Assembly: GCA_963843845.1 (NCBI GenBank)
Contig: CAWJMB010000003.1
Coordinates: forward strand, 64,001-128,000
Direction: 5' to 3'
Length of the DNA: 64,000 nucleotides
Source: an uncultured Gemmatimonadaceae bacterium
Lineage (GTDB): Bacteria > Gemmatimonadota > Gemmatimonadetes > Gemmatimonadales > Gemmatimonadaceae
Positions 62,592-64,000 of this stretch are shown piece by piece; the first letter of the stretch is position 1, and the number at the start of each line of letters is the position of its first letter. A program made the translations under genes and the position numbers. The notes beneath the pieces are model-generated. The model was not told the DNA's origin, ran no database searches, and saw only the letters and a list, made by a program, of their open reading frames with translations.

Positions 62592-64000
62592 ACGAGACTC
62601 AGCCGCCGCTCGAGGCGGCGCGCGACGCGCGACAGCGGGAGCGACAGCGCGAGGTAGGCGACCGCGCAGAGGATGCCCGGCACGACCCAGCTCCCGACGT
62701 TCGTCGCGTAGATCGCCGTCTGCTTCGTGAGCTCGACCACCGTGATGACCGAGACGAGCGACGAGTCCTTGAGCAGCGCGACGAAGTCGTTCGTCATCGG
62801 CGCGAGCGCGAGGCGGAAGCGCCTGCGGGCCGCGCACGAGCCGCAGCGCCTGCCACTCGGAGAGGCCGAGCGTGCGCGCCGCCTCGAGCTGCACCCGCGG
62901 GATCGCTTCGAGCGCGGCACGGTAGATCTCGGACTCGTACGCCGCGTAGTTGAGCCCGAGCCCGAGCACGCGCGGCGCGCGAACGCCGGAAGGCGCACGA
63001 CGTCGGCGAGCCCGTAGTAGAGCACGAACAGCTGCAGCAGCACCGGCGTGCCGCGCATGACTTCGACGTAGACGGCGAGCAGCGCGCGCAGCGGCGCCGG
63101 CCCGTACACGCGCCCCGCCGCGACGCCGGACGCCGACGGCCACGGCGAGCGGCATCGCGAGCGACGAGAGGGCGAGCGTCACGCCGGCCGCGCGGAGGAG
63201 CGCCGGGAGATACGCGACGACGGCACTCGGTCCCGGCGCCGGCGCACCGTTCGGCACGGCGTCCGCACCGCCCCGGATCCGCGAGCACGCGCTGGAAGTG
63301 CGCACGCTGCACCTCGCTCCACACGCCCCACCTGCGGAACGTCCGCTCGAGCGAGCCGTCGCGCATCCGGGCACGAAGGATCGCGTTCACCGAGTCGCGG
63401 AGCGCTCCGTTCCGCGCGCGCGAGCACGCCGACGTAGTGCCCCGTCGCGATCGGTGCCGGCTGGATCACGAACGCGTCGCCGAGCCGGCGCCGCGCCCGG
63501 TCGGCGATCACGTTGTCGAGCAGCACGGCGTCGACGCGGCCCGCTCACGAGGTCGTCGTACGGGTGCACGTCGTCGTCGTACGACACCGGCACGACGCCG
63601 CAGCCGCGCTCGCGCGTCGAGCAGCAGATCGTACGCCATCGTGCTGCCGAGCGTCCCGACGCGGCGGCCGGCGAGGTCGGCGAGGGTGCGGAAGCGCGCG
63701 CTGTCCGCCGGGCGCACGGCGAGCACTTCGTGGAACTCGAAGTACGGCAGCGTCACCGCGTGCTGCGCGCGCAGCGCCGGCCGGTCCTCGAGCCCGAGAG
63801 CGCGACGTCGAAGTCGCCGCGCTCCGCCGACTGCTCGAGCGACGCCCACGCCACCTGCACGAAGGTCGCGGTGCGTCCGAGCCCGCGCGCGAGCATCTCC
63901 GCGATCTCGACGTCGAAGCCGCGCACCTGCCGCGGGTCGCGCGGGTCCGCCTCGACGAACGGCGCGCCCCCTTCGGCGTCCCCGCCCCAGCGCAGCGGCG
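62588..64000 (-). CDS. Fused amino-acid ABC substrate-binding protein and permease (frameshifted, 5' end beyond window)
   Basis: WGGDAEGGAPF..GFDVEIA; MRGTPVLLQL; NYAAYESEIYR; EAA..LG; LLKDSSL. Confidence 0.8.

Overview
Very GC-rich (roughly 73-75% by eye) bacterial DNA. The gene content (SusC/SusD, carboxypeptidase-regulatory+plug protein, DUF4159, zinc-ribbon Hanks kinase) suggests a Gemmatimonadota-like organism (inference). The centre (about 8.1-35.5 kb) is a type VI secretion system (T6SS) cluster: tssM, tssL, two divergent tssK, tssB, tssC, hcp, tagJ, tssA, tssE, tssF, tssG, clpV, vgrG, DUF6931-like and PAAR. No tssJ or fha is visible. Three non-canonical genes lie inside it: a membrane-anchored Pro-rich protein with a lone kinase N-lobe and repeated (G/S)E(F/Y/A)TR(M/L)(F/I) motifs, an unknown 293-aa protein, and a methyltransferase with a PqqD/RRE-like tail. 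The VgrG carries an internal glycine-zipper insertion. The left flank holds a Ser/Thr kinase, glpK, soxCD-like genes, a YeiH exporter and an orphan clpP. The right flank holds carbonic anhydrase plus a two-component system, an S9 peptidase, a His-phosphatase, a compact SRPBCC / DUF433-PIN fusion / ribosome-inactivating-protein (RIP)-like run, a CHAT protease with an unknown partner, SusC/SusD, hydrolases and an amino-acid ABC transporter. An 8-mer, GCCTAACG/CGTTAGGC (variant GCCTGACG), is strongly over-represented. It supplies rare TTA codons and stop codons, and forms ~11-bp-periodic arrays on both sides of tssM. Many conserved genes have clustered frameshifts that most likely reflect sequencing/assembly indels. 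No rRNA, tRNA, CRISPR array, transposase or integrase was recognised.
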